DNA of 64,000 nucleotides from Octopus sinensis. Its lineage: Eukaryota. Made by a program: the position numbers and the translations under genes. Positions 37,281 through 49,721 of this stretch are shown here, piece by piece (position 1 is the first letter of the stretch; each line of letters begins with the position of its first letter). Below the pieces are notes generated by a model, which had not been told where the DNA came from, made no database searches, and saw only the letters and a list, made by a program, of their open reading frames with translations. Location: positions 163,928,001 through 163,992,000 of the forward strand of contig NC_042998.1 in the NCBI RefSeq assembly GCF_006345805.1. Direction: 5' to 3'.

Positions 37281-37562
37281 TATATATATTATATATATAT
37301 ATATATATAATATATATATATAATATATATATCGAAATTGCTAAGATGATCTGGTTCTTGACTGATGACTGAGGGCTTCGAATGTCCCGTCCTGGGGTTC
37401 TTGTGTCGTCTCTGTGGTGTTTCATGTTCTTGTCCATGATGTAATTATTTTTACTGTTTACCTATATATATATATATATATATATAATATTAGGGAGTAA
37501 TGAACATGTGTGCCTGTATAAATGAGTGTATGTGTCTCTCTCCCTCTCCCTCTCTCTGTATG

Positions 37563-37603
<41 letters not shown>

Positions 37604-37624
37604 TTATACACATACATACAGCTT

Positions 37625-37862
37625 TTTATCTTTTATCTTCTACGTATTTCAGTCATTATTAGACTGTGGTCATGCTGGGGCACCACATTGTTGGGTTTAG
37701 TCAAATTGACCCTAGTATTTTTAATGCTTGGTACTTATCCCATTGGTCTCTTCTCACCGAGCTGCTAAGTTACATGGACATAAACCAACTCACACACACA
37801 CATATATACACGACGGGCTTTTAGCTTCCGTCTACCAAATCCGCTCACAAGGCTTTGGACGG
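37625..37862 (-). mobile_element. SINE family 2, 3' part
   Basis: TTTCAGTCATTATTAGACTGTGGTCATGCTGGGGCACC is the reverse complement of the family tail. Confidence 0.8.
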
Positions 37863-38159
37863 CCAGGTATATATGCATATGTATACGCGCGTGCGTGTAT
37901 GTATGCGTGTGTGTAGTAAGCTAGGAGGTATTAGATAATTCAGGCGTTTATCTCAAGAAGCACTCATGACTGGCCGCTATTTGAAGTTATATAAAGTATT
38001 TCTCCCATAGAAACTCAGATTTCGTACAGACAGAAATTTCGTTAGGTTTACTTCCGTTGTACAGTATGAATATAACAAGTGAAGAACAGAGTTCACGGTG
38101 TTTATTATATCTATTTCATGAAATAATCATGAATAAATGTAGTGCCACAAACTCCAAAA

Positions 38160-38510
38160 CGTTAGCTTCCCAACCATATGGTTTCGGGTTCAGTCCCACT
38201 GCGTGGTACCTTGTGCAGTTGCCTTCTACTATAGCCTCGGACCGACCAAAGTCTTGGGAGTGGATTTGGTGGACGGAAACTAAAAGAAGCTCGTCGTATA
38301 TATGTGTGTGTGTGTGTGTCCACCGTCGCTTGACAACCGGTCATAGTTTGTTTACGTCCTCGCAACTTAGCATTTTGGCAATAAAATCCGATAGAATAAG
38401 GAAGTTTAAAAATAAATACTGGGGTAAAGTCTTTCAGCAAAAAATTCCTCAAGGCGGTGCCTCAGCATGGCCGCAGTCTAATGACTGGAACAAGAAAGTA
38501 AAAGATATAA
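38160..38510 (+). mobile_element. SINE family 2
   Basis: GGGTTCAGTCCCACTGCGTGG through CAGCATGGCCGCAGTC. Confidence 0.88.
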
Positions 38511-39914
38511 GATACATACATACATACATACATACATACACGCATACACATAACCGCATATACGCATATACATATATACGTACATACATATATTCACATA
38601 CGCTTTTACTGATAAACACTACATAAGTACTTATGTAGCACACAACACACACTCGCTTATTCAAGTACACATACTCACTGAGAGCAGCAGAATGTGTTGT
38701 CGGAAGGTCTTTTCGCGAACCATTGTTAATGACAAGTCAGGATACAGTCAGTCTCTTGTTGACAGTAAGGCGGAGTCCCATTAATCCTTAGATTAAGTTG
38801 TTGTCGTAGATTAAATTAACACGTGGAGAACCCAGGGCATTGCGGAACCAAATTTTTTTCACACCAAACTGACATTTGCTGATTATGACCCCTTCCTCTA
38901 TCCCCGACCCTTACTATTGTCATTCATATCGTTCAACATATCTAGTTACCAAACAAACCAAGAGAGGCCTCTTAAGTAGTGTCACGGCTAGCTAGAAATA
39001 ACAGCCAGGTCTTGCTCTTAAACCATTCATATCGTTTAAAAAAAATAGATTTTTGAATGACATATATAGAGTGCTGAAAAAATAAATTCGTTCATACATT
39101 TTTTCGTACTCGACACTCCATTGTCGTACGTATAAGGTAAGGTAAAATTTACTGAATTTTCAAGAAACGCTAAAGTTGTAGAGGAGAAATAGAGCTACAA
39201 AAATGCATAACGTGTTAATTCAAATAACTTTGGAAAGGATAGTAATAAATGGAAAAAAAAACACCAACCCCAAAAGGAACGAATTTATCTGCCATCATAT
39301 GTGTCACTCATAATGGCACATAATGTTTAGGTAATGCATCACAGAGGACTTTTGATAAGGCCGAACATTCCCGAAGTTGTCATTGTACTGCTTAAAGGTC
39401 AGTGTCACAACTCATTAGCTTCCTTAATTACTTAATTTTAACTAATTATAAACTTGAGGTTGTATCCCCTGGCCCCTTTCTTTTTACTAGAATTGCTTAG
39501 ATTAATATTGTTCTCATCATTAAATATGTAATTTTAATTAAGATTTATTAGGTTATATATCCAATATGTTAACTCCCACTTTATTATTGTGATTCCTAGA
39601 AATACTGTCGCTAAAAAAAAAAAAAAGATAAGATTGAAATATCCTGTTCATTGGTCTGTTGGATTAACATCAGTATTGTTCTTAACAACAACAAAAAAAT
39701 ATCACATGTGGTAGTTGGGATTAACTTGTAAAAAATTGTAGCCAAATGTCCCTCAAATTGTACACCTTTGTCTTTTCTAAGACGACACATTAGATAATAT
39801 AGATCTGTACATTATACTGAAAACTAAGACGAGATGATCAATAGTGGAATGTCTTTGATCAAGTCTGCTGAATCACGGCTAACGATCGTTAAACAATAAC
39901 AACAAAACATCAGC

Positions 39915-40100
39915 AATCGAATTTCACACAAAATGTTTCGCGGCATTTCGTCCAAGTTCAAATTCCCCGTGGTCAACTGTACCATTCATCCTTTCGGGTC
40001 AATGAAATAAGTACCAGTTGAACAATCGGGGTCGATGTAATCGATTTACCCCTTTCCCTAAAATTTCAGGACTTAGTGCCTATATAAGAAAGGATTATTT
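39915..40100 (+). mobile_element. SINE family 1 (short form), diverged
   Basis: AAGTTCAAATTCC B box, TTCATCCTTTCGGGTC and AAATTTCAGGAC tail. Confidence 0.75.
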
Positions 40101-41672
40101 CTGATATTGTTATCTATTTATTTCTGTGTATTGGACCGTTTTAAATATACGAATTATAATAAGTACGAATTATAGTAATTATAGTAAGCAATAAATATTG
40201 CCGTACTTGGTCTTTAAATTTACTAACTGAAAGCAACATTTTATTCTGGTGATACTCTGTGAACTACATTTGACAAACCATGCATAGATCTATGCGTTGC
40301 AAGTTTGCCATGTTTTAGATCAACCAGAAGCAAATCAATTCTGTAAATGCTATCACTGCACAGCATAAAAAGTGAGCTCGCTAGTATCATCACAAAGCAG
40401 TATATATCCGTATAATTTTTAGAAAGTTAGATGGATATATATACAAGCAGAACTACTAACATTAAACAGAAACAAGTTACACGAAAAACGAGTAGCGAAA
40501 TATTTACCTTTATATACCTTATGTATACGGTGACATAATATTTAGTTGAGATGTTACAGCCATACATGAGTTGTACTGAACGTAATGCAAAAATGAACTA
40601 ACTTAAATGAGAGTAACATCTAAATTCACCTTCACCATATATCGGTTCTTTAAGAAAAAATAAGATAGTTAAAATGTCTCTGAGGATCTAAGCGAAAAGA
40701 ATCTAAAGCAGAAAACTGTCAAAAATGGTACCTGGAATAAACTGATGCGAAATATAAAATTTGACTGCTGTCGCTGACAATTTTGTGTTTTTTATATACA
40801 AAACATATAAACAGTTATTTCGACATACTATATTTATGTTTTATAATATTTTTTAATAATGATTTTTATTTTATATTAATGCTAGATTCTTTGTGTACTG
40901 GAACCCAAAGAGGATATATTTTGTTGGTCAACAATCATTGTCTGTGTGGGTATCGATAACATGAACCCAGATTAAAAGAGAAAAAAAGTTACATTTAAAT
41001 TGAGAATTTAATACCTATTAGATGCACTGATTGCCCCAAAATATTAAAAAACTATTTTTCGTTTAAACCAAAATTTTACTTTGTATCAAAATAAAATAAT
41101 TATTATTTTGGCATAGTTAATTTTCTAAAATTACAGATTACTAAAAATATTCCAAAAGGTATGAAAACAAATTAAAATTCGATAAATTAATGAAATTTGG
41201 GGATTTAAAATATATCATTGCCAAATTTATTATATGAAAATTATTTTCTAATTTTTATTTAAATGATTTTAGGAATGATTATTTGTATTTGAATATTCAT
41301 GGAACAAAACACATCAAAACGTTTTGTAAAAAATTTTAAGAATCTTATAAAAATAATTTTTATGTTGGTTATTTTAAAGATATGGATAGATGCTTATTGT
41401 CATTCTTCTGTCCATTTTCCTACCATTCTTATTTTGACCATCATATTTAGATGCAGCAAAGAACTGAACCAGGAAGCCGCCAAGTGCTATCGCATGGTTC
41501 TCTGTGACACATCCAAAGCATTGCCAAACTGGCCATTCATTGATTAGTTTGCCATGATGGCGTTAAGTTAATCTTGGGCCTGAGCTACGAGGATACTTGA
41601 AGTGCACTCATGATACTTCTCGAAAATGTAAATGCGATTAGGTTTCTTTTGCCTCTATGTGGACAACTCATA

Positions 41673-41732
41673 CGAAGCTGAGTCAGAAAGTAATGCAATT
41701 CTTATTTGCATTACTTTCTGTTTCATCCCTGA
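41673..41732. mobile_element. 60 bp TIR-only mariner-type MITE (MADE-like architecture)
   Basis: TA-CGAAGCTGAGTCAGAAAGTAATGCAA-ttcttat-TTGCATTACTTTCTGTTTCATCCCTGA; 15 bp perfect inner stem. Confidence 0.6.
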
Positions 41733-41954
41733 TTTTACTTCACTTCTTTTTGACAAGCATAATTTAATTCTTCTACTGATGCTTTAGAGGTTATTATTTT
41801 CTTTCGTTTCAGAGTTCCCATTGGTATTTCTTTAGAGTCTACTTTTTACCAAGTTGCAAAAAGCTGTAGTATAAACTTTTTGAGGAAAAAAATTGTTCTT
41901 AGCTTTTATTTAGTTTTGTTTTAGGAGTTTAAAATATATTAAAACTAGAGTGTT

Positions 41955-42374
41955 ACCTATTTCTTTACTACCCACAAGGGGCTAAACACAGAGGGGACAA
42001 ACAAGGACAGACAAACGGATTAAGTCGATTGTATCGACACCAGTGCGTAACTGGTAATTATTTAATCGACCCCCGAAAGGATGAAAGGCAAAGTCGACCT
42101 CGGCGGAATTTGAACTCAGAACGTAACGGCAGACGAAATACCCATTTCTTTACTACCCACAAGGAGATAAACACAGGGAGGACAAACAAGGACAGACAAA
42201 CGGATTAAGTCGATTATAATGACCCCCAGTGCGTAACTGGTACTTATTTAATCGCCCCCGAAAGGACGAAAGGCAAAGTCGACCTCGGCGGATTTGAACT
42301 CAGAACATAACAGCAGACGAAATACTGCTAAGCATTTCGCCCGGCGTGCTAACGTTTCTGCCAGCTCGCCGCCT
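41955..42374 (-). mobile_element. SINE family 1 (long form) with duplicated module
   Basis: Two copies of TTTCTTTACTACCCACAAGG...GCAGACGAAATAC followed by the head; AAACTAGAGTGTTACC occurs on both flanks (likely TSD). Confidence 0.92.
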
Positions 42375-43035
42375 ATTCAAACTAGAGTGTTACCATTCAC
42401 ATAACGGGTAACTTCAACATATTCTTTTGCAACAATGGGTTATGTAAGGAAATATGGCTTACATACAATAATTGTAATTTAACTGCTATCAAATTTCTTG
42501 GTATTAATACAAAATGATGAAAAGAATTCAAATTTCGAAAAGAAAAATGCTTTAACTTTTAAATTAATGCGTGTGTGAAATATGTGTGTGTTCGCGTGTG
42601 TGCAAGTATGTATATATGCATGTATATTTCTGTGCATATATATGCATATATTTGTGCATGCGTGAATATATTTATAAAATTGGGTGGGTCTATATTTATA
42701 CACACACACACAAACATATTTCTGAGTATGTCTGAGCATATTTTCATTTACATTCGTTCATCTTTATAGAAAAAACTTGCTTTATAGAAGCGAATATAGA
42801 ACTTTGTTTTACACTTCAATCTGACACGTTTCTTCCATGATACTTTTGTGCGAGCAGAATAGTCGGTACTATCAATCCCAGTATTCAACTGGTACTTTAT
42901 TTTATCATCTCCGAAAGGATGAAAGGCAAAGTCGACTGCGGTGGAATTTGAACTTAGAAAGTAAAGACCTTGAAGAAATCCGCTTGGTACTTTCTCCGAT
43001 GCACCAACGATTCTGCCCTCTCACCACCTTTATCC

Positions 43036-43137
<102 letters not shown>

Positions 43138-43218
43138 ACACACGCACACACGCATACGCGCGCACACAGATTCGGTTGCTACGAAACTAAGTTGCATGAT
43201 GCCGAATCAAACTGCTAT

Positions 43219-43269
<51 letters not shown>

Positions 43270-43471
43270 TAGGTGAATGAATTATCCTATGTTTATCGTC
43301 AGCATGGAAAATTCGTTTAACCGAAACCTGGGTAGCAAATTCACGTCAGAAAACACGGTTGAAGCGACCTGTCAAGGGTAGAAACTCCGCGTTCATGTGT
43401 AGAAATTTGTGTGTTGTATATGAATAAATGAAAGAATGGAGTCGAAAGAAGATGTTAACAAAATTCCTTTA

Positions 43472-43553
43472 CTCTCGACACATGTTTCGAAGACAGCATA
43501 TTTTCATTCCGAAGGAATAAAGGGTGCATTATGCAATCTTCTTATCAGGAAAG
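43472..43553 (-). ncRNA. Type I hammerhead ribozyme relic (core CUGAUAA) inside an inverted-repeat element 43425-43706
   Basis: Minus strand CTTTC-CTGATAA-GAAGA...TCTTC-GAAAC-ATGT-GTC-GAGAG; G8 replaced by A. Confidence 0.65.
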
Positions 43554-43701
43554 AAAAGGAGCCTCTCTCGACAACAAGACAAACAAAAATTTCGATGATT
43601 GCCTACATGGTAACCAAACCATTATCACTTTGGTTACCATGTAGGCAATGTGTCGAGAGTAAAAGAATTTTGTTAACATGTTCATTCGACTCCATTCTTT
43701 C

Positions 43702-43743
<42 letters not shown>

Positions 43744-43764
43744 ATATTTTTATATATTTATATA

Positions 43765-44555
43765 TTGGGTTGGCAACTAAGTTCCCGCTGTTTTTGAATC
43801 ATTTTGGAATTTATTTTTTTTTCTAGTTAATTCTAGTGAATTTTTGTTTATTTTGAGATCATTAAAATGGAATGTCAAGTTAAGAAAAACGAGCATTTTC
43901 GACACCTCCTTTTCGCTTTTAATCAAGGTTCTAAGGCCGCAAAAGCTGCTCACGACATTTGTGCTGTGTATGGAGAGGGTGGTCAAACGACAAGGGAACT
44001 AGCAGAGAAAATGGAATGCTATCACACTGCTATATAGAAGTGTCTTCACTCGATGGGAAATGTTCAGAAGTACGGAGCATGGGTTCCGCATGCTTTAAGA
44101 GACAACAACAAAATCAACGAGCCACAATCTCCGCTGGTTTACTTACTCGTCACCGCTCAACTCATGGACACAAGCAACGATTTCTTTACAGAATCGTTAC
44201 TTGTGACGAAAAATGGTGCCTGTACATCAATATGAAGCAGTGTAAGGAATGGCTTAGCCCCGGTAAACAAGCGACACCGCGCGTGAAACAAGATCTTCAT
44301 CCGCGTAAAACGATGTTGTGCGTATGGTGGAACTGGGAACGGATTATCCATTACCAATTGCTTGAACGGAACCAAATGGAACGCGGAGCTCTATGTTCAA
44401 CAGATGGAACAACTCAACACGGCTATTCAAGAGAAAAGACCTAATCGGCAGCATGGAGTTCTGCTGCATGACAGCACCCGCCCTCATATCGCCAATATGA
44501 CCGAGGAAGCCATTCAAACGCACGGCTTGGAAGTGCTGCCACACCCGCAGTACTC
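43765..44555 (+). mobile_element. Mariner transposon (mellifera-like TIR); transposase pseudogene, 3'-truncated
   Basis: TA plus TIR TTGGGTTGGCAACTAAGT. ATG at 43867: MECQVKKNEHFRHLL..., WVPHAL, IVTCDEKW, MLCVWW, LLHDSTRPH, LEVLPHPQYS. Deletion and frameshifts present. Confidence 0.95.
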
Positions 44556-44580
44556 TTAGCTACCGCGCCATATGCTCGTG

Positions 44581-44650
44581 GGCATATGGCGCAGTAGTTA
44601 AGAGCGCAGGCTACTAACCCCAATATTCCAATTTCGATTCCAGGTAGTGA

Positions 44651-44701
<51 letters not shown>

Positions 44702-44860
44702 TAATAGCATCGAAAAATACCTTAGGAATGAGAAACCAGGTTCGAAATTTCCCCAAGACACCTGATGAAGGCTGGAGGGTATATTAACCGAAACGTTGTG
44801 TTAACAACAAACAAGATGAGGACAAATATCCGTCAATTGTAAATAATGTAAATAATTTTT
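44581..44860 (+). mobile_element. tRNA-headed SINE carrying a hammerhead motif (family 4)
   Basis: A box TGGCGCAGTAGTTAAG, decayed B box ATTTCGATTCC, (AAT)n linker, HHR at 44757-44802 and an AT-rich tail TGTAAATAATGTAAATAAT. Confidence 0.75.
44757..44802 (+). ncRNA. Minimal type I hammerhead ribozyme
   Basis: GACAC-CTGATGA-A-GGCTG...TAACC-GAAACGTT-GTGTT; intact core, one stem II mismatch, triplet GUU. Confidence 0.7.
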
Positions 44861-46698
44861 AAATGATTTATAGCTAATGGTGTATTTCAATATAACGAGA
44901 GGTGTATAGCTGGTGGAGTTTTTATAATGATGGGTTTCAGAGCCGAGGAGTAACATCTTTCATATTGCTGTTAACGACTTATCTTCTGATGTTCTTGGTT
45001 TACAATGATGTAGGGAATGACATCGTCGTTATCAAGACTAGTGTAAGATTGCTTGAGGCTACGTACATGATATAGGCTTTTAAGTTTAGCATCGATGTCA
45101 TCGCTATCTAAGCTCATAGAAATCGGTTTTAAGCTAAGTATTTCTTATAGGTGAAAGAATAATTGCAAAAAAGAAAGAAAAAAGAAAAAAGGCGGAGAAA
45201 TTGCTACATTTAATAAATGAAGATGGTTTAAAACTTAAACATGTCCTACACATTATCGATGAAAGAAAGATTAAATGAATGTAAGTTTTATTTTAAGTTC
45301 CCTTTAATAAAGTGAAGGGACATAGAAGTTTCACTAATATTGTAGTTAGAGTGTGGTCTGGAATTCGTTAATCTTATAAGCACTTGTATTCGAAAAAAAG
45401 ACAGAACTAGTTTAAGTTGTTTTGCTGGAATAAACTTTATGTGATTAGAACTTAACAGGAAAGAATCTTAAGACTTATTATTCAAATCAAGCCAGCAGGT
45501 AGGAGAACTAAGGGTCGTCAAAGAATGAGATGGATAACATCTATAGTGTCAGATGATGACACTTGGGAATCCAGCTGGAAATTGTAATGACGGTTGCTTC
45601 TGATAGAACCCTATAAAGGAGGTGCCTGAGAACACTTCTCTCCTGATTCTCCCAGGAAAAGTGGGCGGAGAAAACTAGATGAATGGATGGAGAAATCATG
45701 ACGAAAATCAAATTCTTTTTCAATAGACTTAATACTGAAAGACATAAAAGACCATTCACTAAAAAAGAGAAAAGGAGAAAAAAAAGAATCATGTTCAATA
45801 AATATGCGGATAAGTAAATTGTGTGTTTGTTAACACCATGAAGAACTTCTTGGTTAACGGTAATTACTGAAAATATTGATTTTGGATATGAGGGTATGGC
45901 ATTTTGAAGGGTGAGAATCGCCAAATAACATCCACCCTAGTATTCTATTGCTATGTATTTAAACGATCCACAAGGAAGGAAGGCAATGTTGGCCTCGGCA
46001 AGATTTGAACTCGAAATCAAAGAGATATAACACTTAACAGTTCCGCTCTCAACCAGTTTGCTAATCCAGCACCGTTGGCGATCAAATATTGGCTAGCAAT
46101 AATATCTGAGAATCACCTACACCGCTAGACAAGGATAATAAAGCTCTGTGAAATGACCTAAAAAGAAAAGGATGGTAAGGTATGTAGACAAGAATATTCA
46201 ACCACTTCATTTTGTTTTCTTTCGGAAATACAGATGGTTCCCCAAAATGTGGTAAATCAAACACTAAGAATACTTATGTTGTTGATATGCTTGTTAATGA
46301 TGCCAAAATAACTAATTACTAGAAAACATCTGTTTTTATTGTGAGACTGAAATAAAACAATATTCTTAGAAAAAAAAAAGCGAAAAAATCCAAACAAAAC
46401 AAATAAAAGAAAAAAGAAATTAGTATGTGGAATTTCAACATCATTTTTTTTTACGTTCAGGGTGGCGAGTGTCAGTAATAGTAGTGTTTTGGACATAATG
46501 TCTGTTGGTACTTAGTGACGTAGTAGCTGAGTTCAAATCTCACCGAGATCGACTTCGCTTTTCAACATTTATTGGGCGATACAATAAATAAATATTAGTC
46601 AGACAGAGACAGGAAAGCATTTGTTGTGAGTTCCATTTCGTACATATTATATTCTGGACAATCACTGTACGCGATGACACTACTGACTGTTGCATCTA

Positions 46699-46979
46699 CG
46701 AGGGGTTGCTGAAAAGTTCCTGGCTTTAAGGGTGTCGCGAAAGGTCTGGCTGGAGGCCCAACCTTCCGAGTTCTTTTACAGCGCTTAGAAAAATTGAAGG
46801 ACCGCTACAATAAGTGTGTAAATTTGAGAGGGGAATATGTTGAATAGAATACCAATTAACTAATCCCCCTACAATAAGTGTGTAAATTTGAGAGGGGAAT
46901 ATGTTGAATAGAATACCAATTAACGAATCTCCCTGTATTTTCTTTTACTTAAAGCCAGGAACTTTTCAGCAACCCCTCG
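46699..46979 (+). mobile_element. Mariner-derived MITE (family M1) with perfect TIRs
   Basis: 30 bp TIR CGAGGGGTTGCTGAAAAGTTCCTGGCTTTA with TA TSD. Interior retains the transposase C-terminus RLEKLKDRYNKCVNLRGEYVE* and has an internal tandem duplication. Confidence 0.95.
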
Positions 46980-47134
46980 TAGTTATATGAAACTGCATAA
47001 TGTATAGAACTATATAGGTACATAAATATAGAAATATTGTTTTACTGATGTATGTTATATTTAATGAATTAAGTACGATGCGTTTGCAGTATTTCGTTTC
47101 AGAGTTACACTTTATTTCAAAATGTTTTCCTTCT

Positions 47135-47740
47135 ATCTCTTACTTGTTTCAGTCACTTGACTGCGGCCATGCTGGGGCACGACCTTGAAGAGATTTAGTC
47201 AAACAAATCGACCTCAGGACTAATTTTTGAAAGCCTGTTACTTATTCTATCGGTCTCCTTTGATGAACCGCTAAGTTACGGGAACATAAACACACCAACA
47301 CCAATTGTCAAGCGGTGGTGGGGAATAAACACCGACACAAAGACACACGCATAGATATGTACATTTATATATATGGTTATGGTTCAAATGTACAGAAAGC
47401 ATAAGACAGAGAGAGGTGAGGGAACAAGCAGGTGTATTAGTATGACGCTAGGTAGGAATGGAAAAGTCTTTGATGTTTCGAGCCTACGCTCTTCCACAGA
47501 AATGGATGAGATGAAAAAAATGCGAGGGGTGAGAGAGAAAATATGTCGGAATTAACGGTTCCACACACAAGCACACAAGCACACACACACATATATATAT
47601 ACACACACACACGACGGACTTCTATCAGTTTTCGTCAACCAAATACATTCACAGGGCTATGCTCGGCCGAGGCTATAGTAGAAAACGCTTGCTCAAGATA
47701 CCACGCAGTGGGACAGAACATGGCACAATGTGGTTGGGAA
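47135..47740 (-). mobile_element. SINE family 2 interrupted by an HHR-bearing insert (about 47400-47545)
   Basis: Tail half 47135-47390 and head half 47590-47740 flank a different sequence. Confidence 0.75.
47469..47502 (-). ncRNA. Decayed minimal hammerhead ribozyme
   Basis: Minus strand TTT-CTGTGGA-A-GAGC-GTAG-GCTC-GAAACATC-AAA; perfect stem II, with mutations at A6 and G16.2. Confidence 0.6.
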
Positions 47741-49392
47741 GCAAGCTTCTTTTATTCATTATATTGGCCATAAAGGCCTTACATAGAAGGGAAGCTACGG
47801 GATGGACATAATATTATGAAATGACAAATGAACATTATGATAAATGAGGGCAACAAGCAACGCCCACCGATTGCTGCTTACCCGAGAACAATGCTCTTTT
47901 ATATTACATTCACGAGGCAACAAACCTCTTACATTTTTTACAATTCAATACAAAATTCATTTGGGTCAACAAACCTCTTACATTTTTTACAATTCAAAAA
48001 CAAAAATGGGAAGCAAGCTTCTTTATTTCATTTAATTTGCCACAAGGGCAGCACACAGATAGAAGTTTGCGGGCTGGACACAGACATTAATGGGATGAAT
48101 GATAATGATGCAAGAATGATAAGGATGGGAGAAGACGAAAAGCGCCCGCCGACTTTCGCTTCTTATCACACAAGCTTCTTATCACACAACCACACCTGCG
48201 TAACAAACATTGTAGGAACTAATCAATGACTAAGTACCCGTTTTAACAGTACATACTGGCACTGCTTATAAATACACTATTATACGGGTGTAAATAAATC
48301 AGAAGGATTGGTTGGCATACCTAATGGATTCTTGGAACATTGCTTCAATGTCATGCAATGCAACAAAATATATCTGTAGCTTTTAGTCTACAGGGTGTAA
48401 ATAGACAAAATTAAAACACCTAATCTTGTCTATATATACAGTATCTGCATAGAAAAAGAGGGAGCAGTCGGGTTATTTTCAATCTTGCGTTTGAATTAAA
48501 TTTCTAAAATATTCAAGAATTATGCTTTATGATTGAACATTTTCAATGTTTGCTTTATATTGAATACTCCAACCAAATGTTTGTATTAATCAATATATAC
48601 TGTTTAGATATAATACGTGAAATACAAACCACCCCCTGTTTTTGTTAAAGATATTGGAAGAGGACATTAAGCATATATGATATCAATATATGCAAATTTG
48701 CTCGAAAAATATTGAAAGAATGAATTATTTTTTATATTCCAAGATATTTGAAACTGCACGTACCAACTTTACGAAGATATGTGAGTTTTTCTATTTAAAT
48801 GAAGAATTTCAATAACAACAGCATTCCCATTAGGAATTAAAAAAAAATTTAAGCAAGATATTGTTACTTTGTTTCGTATTTCTATTCTTACTCTGAAGGG
48901 ATTAGAAATTCAGAAACGAAATCAAATATAGTGATTCGCAGGTATAACTGTATGGTTAGGATGTTCGGTTTGTAACTACATGATTTTAGGTTTAGTTCTA
49001 CGGTGCGGCACTTTGGGAAAGCGTGCTCTACCATAGCCCATGCCAACCAATATCTTGTGAGTGAAAAGGCACCGATAGACTAATTAAAAGAAGTACAAAC
49101 ACAAATTTGATCGACTTGACTTTTTCGTCGCTGACTCAGCATGACCGTGACTCAATGATTGAAATAAATAAAAGAATGAAAGTGCGAATATCGGGCTCAC
49201 ACACATTTCTAGAGTATTCTTGTGTTGTGCACAGGCGCACGTATACTCACACACATGCACGCACACACATATACACACATGAATATATATATATATATAT
49301 ATGCGCATATAATAAAAGTGTGCATTTGATACGATAATGCGCTCCTTTCTTTCCTTTTCTGTGTGTGTGCATATCCATACATACATTCATAT

Positions 49393-49444
<52 letters not shown>

Positions 49445-49496
49445 CACACATACATACATACTTACACACACACACACACACACGCACACATAGAGA

Positions 49497-49705
49497 GTAG
49501 GTGGACCAAAAGTCACGCACAAAATAAGTTCAATACGCTCTGGAATTGTCAAAGACATGCTTCAATTTTTCTAAAATTGAATAAAATAAATAATGATGGC
49601 AACCCACGTTCTTATTACATAATGAACAAAATGAATGATAATAAGAATAATGTAATATAAATAAACTATCAAATGTTTTGTTGCATGACTTTTCGTCCTT
49701 CATGT
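49497..49705 (-). mobile_element. Tc1/mariner-type MITE (family M2), diverged
   Basis: GGTGGACCAAAAGTCACGCAC TIR; interior is the reverse complement of 19916-20126. Confidence 0.75.
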
Positions 49706-49721
49706 ATATGCATACGCACAC

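Noticed and set aside
38057-38626. 189 aa ORF
   Set aside because: Read-through of a family 2 SINE and microsatellites.
41400-41570. Protein-like minus-strand frame (GKLINEWPVWQCFGCVTENHAIALGG...)
   Set aside because: Bounded by a stop, with no start codon or suitable splice acceptor and no recognisable family.
44581-44645. tRNA gene (here and at other A/B-box heads)
   Set aside because: No complete cloverleaf; each head continues into a multicopy SINE body.
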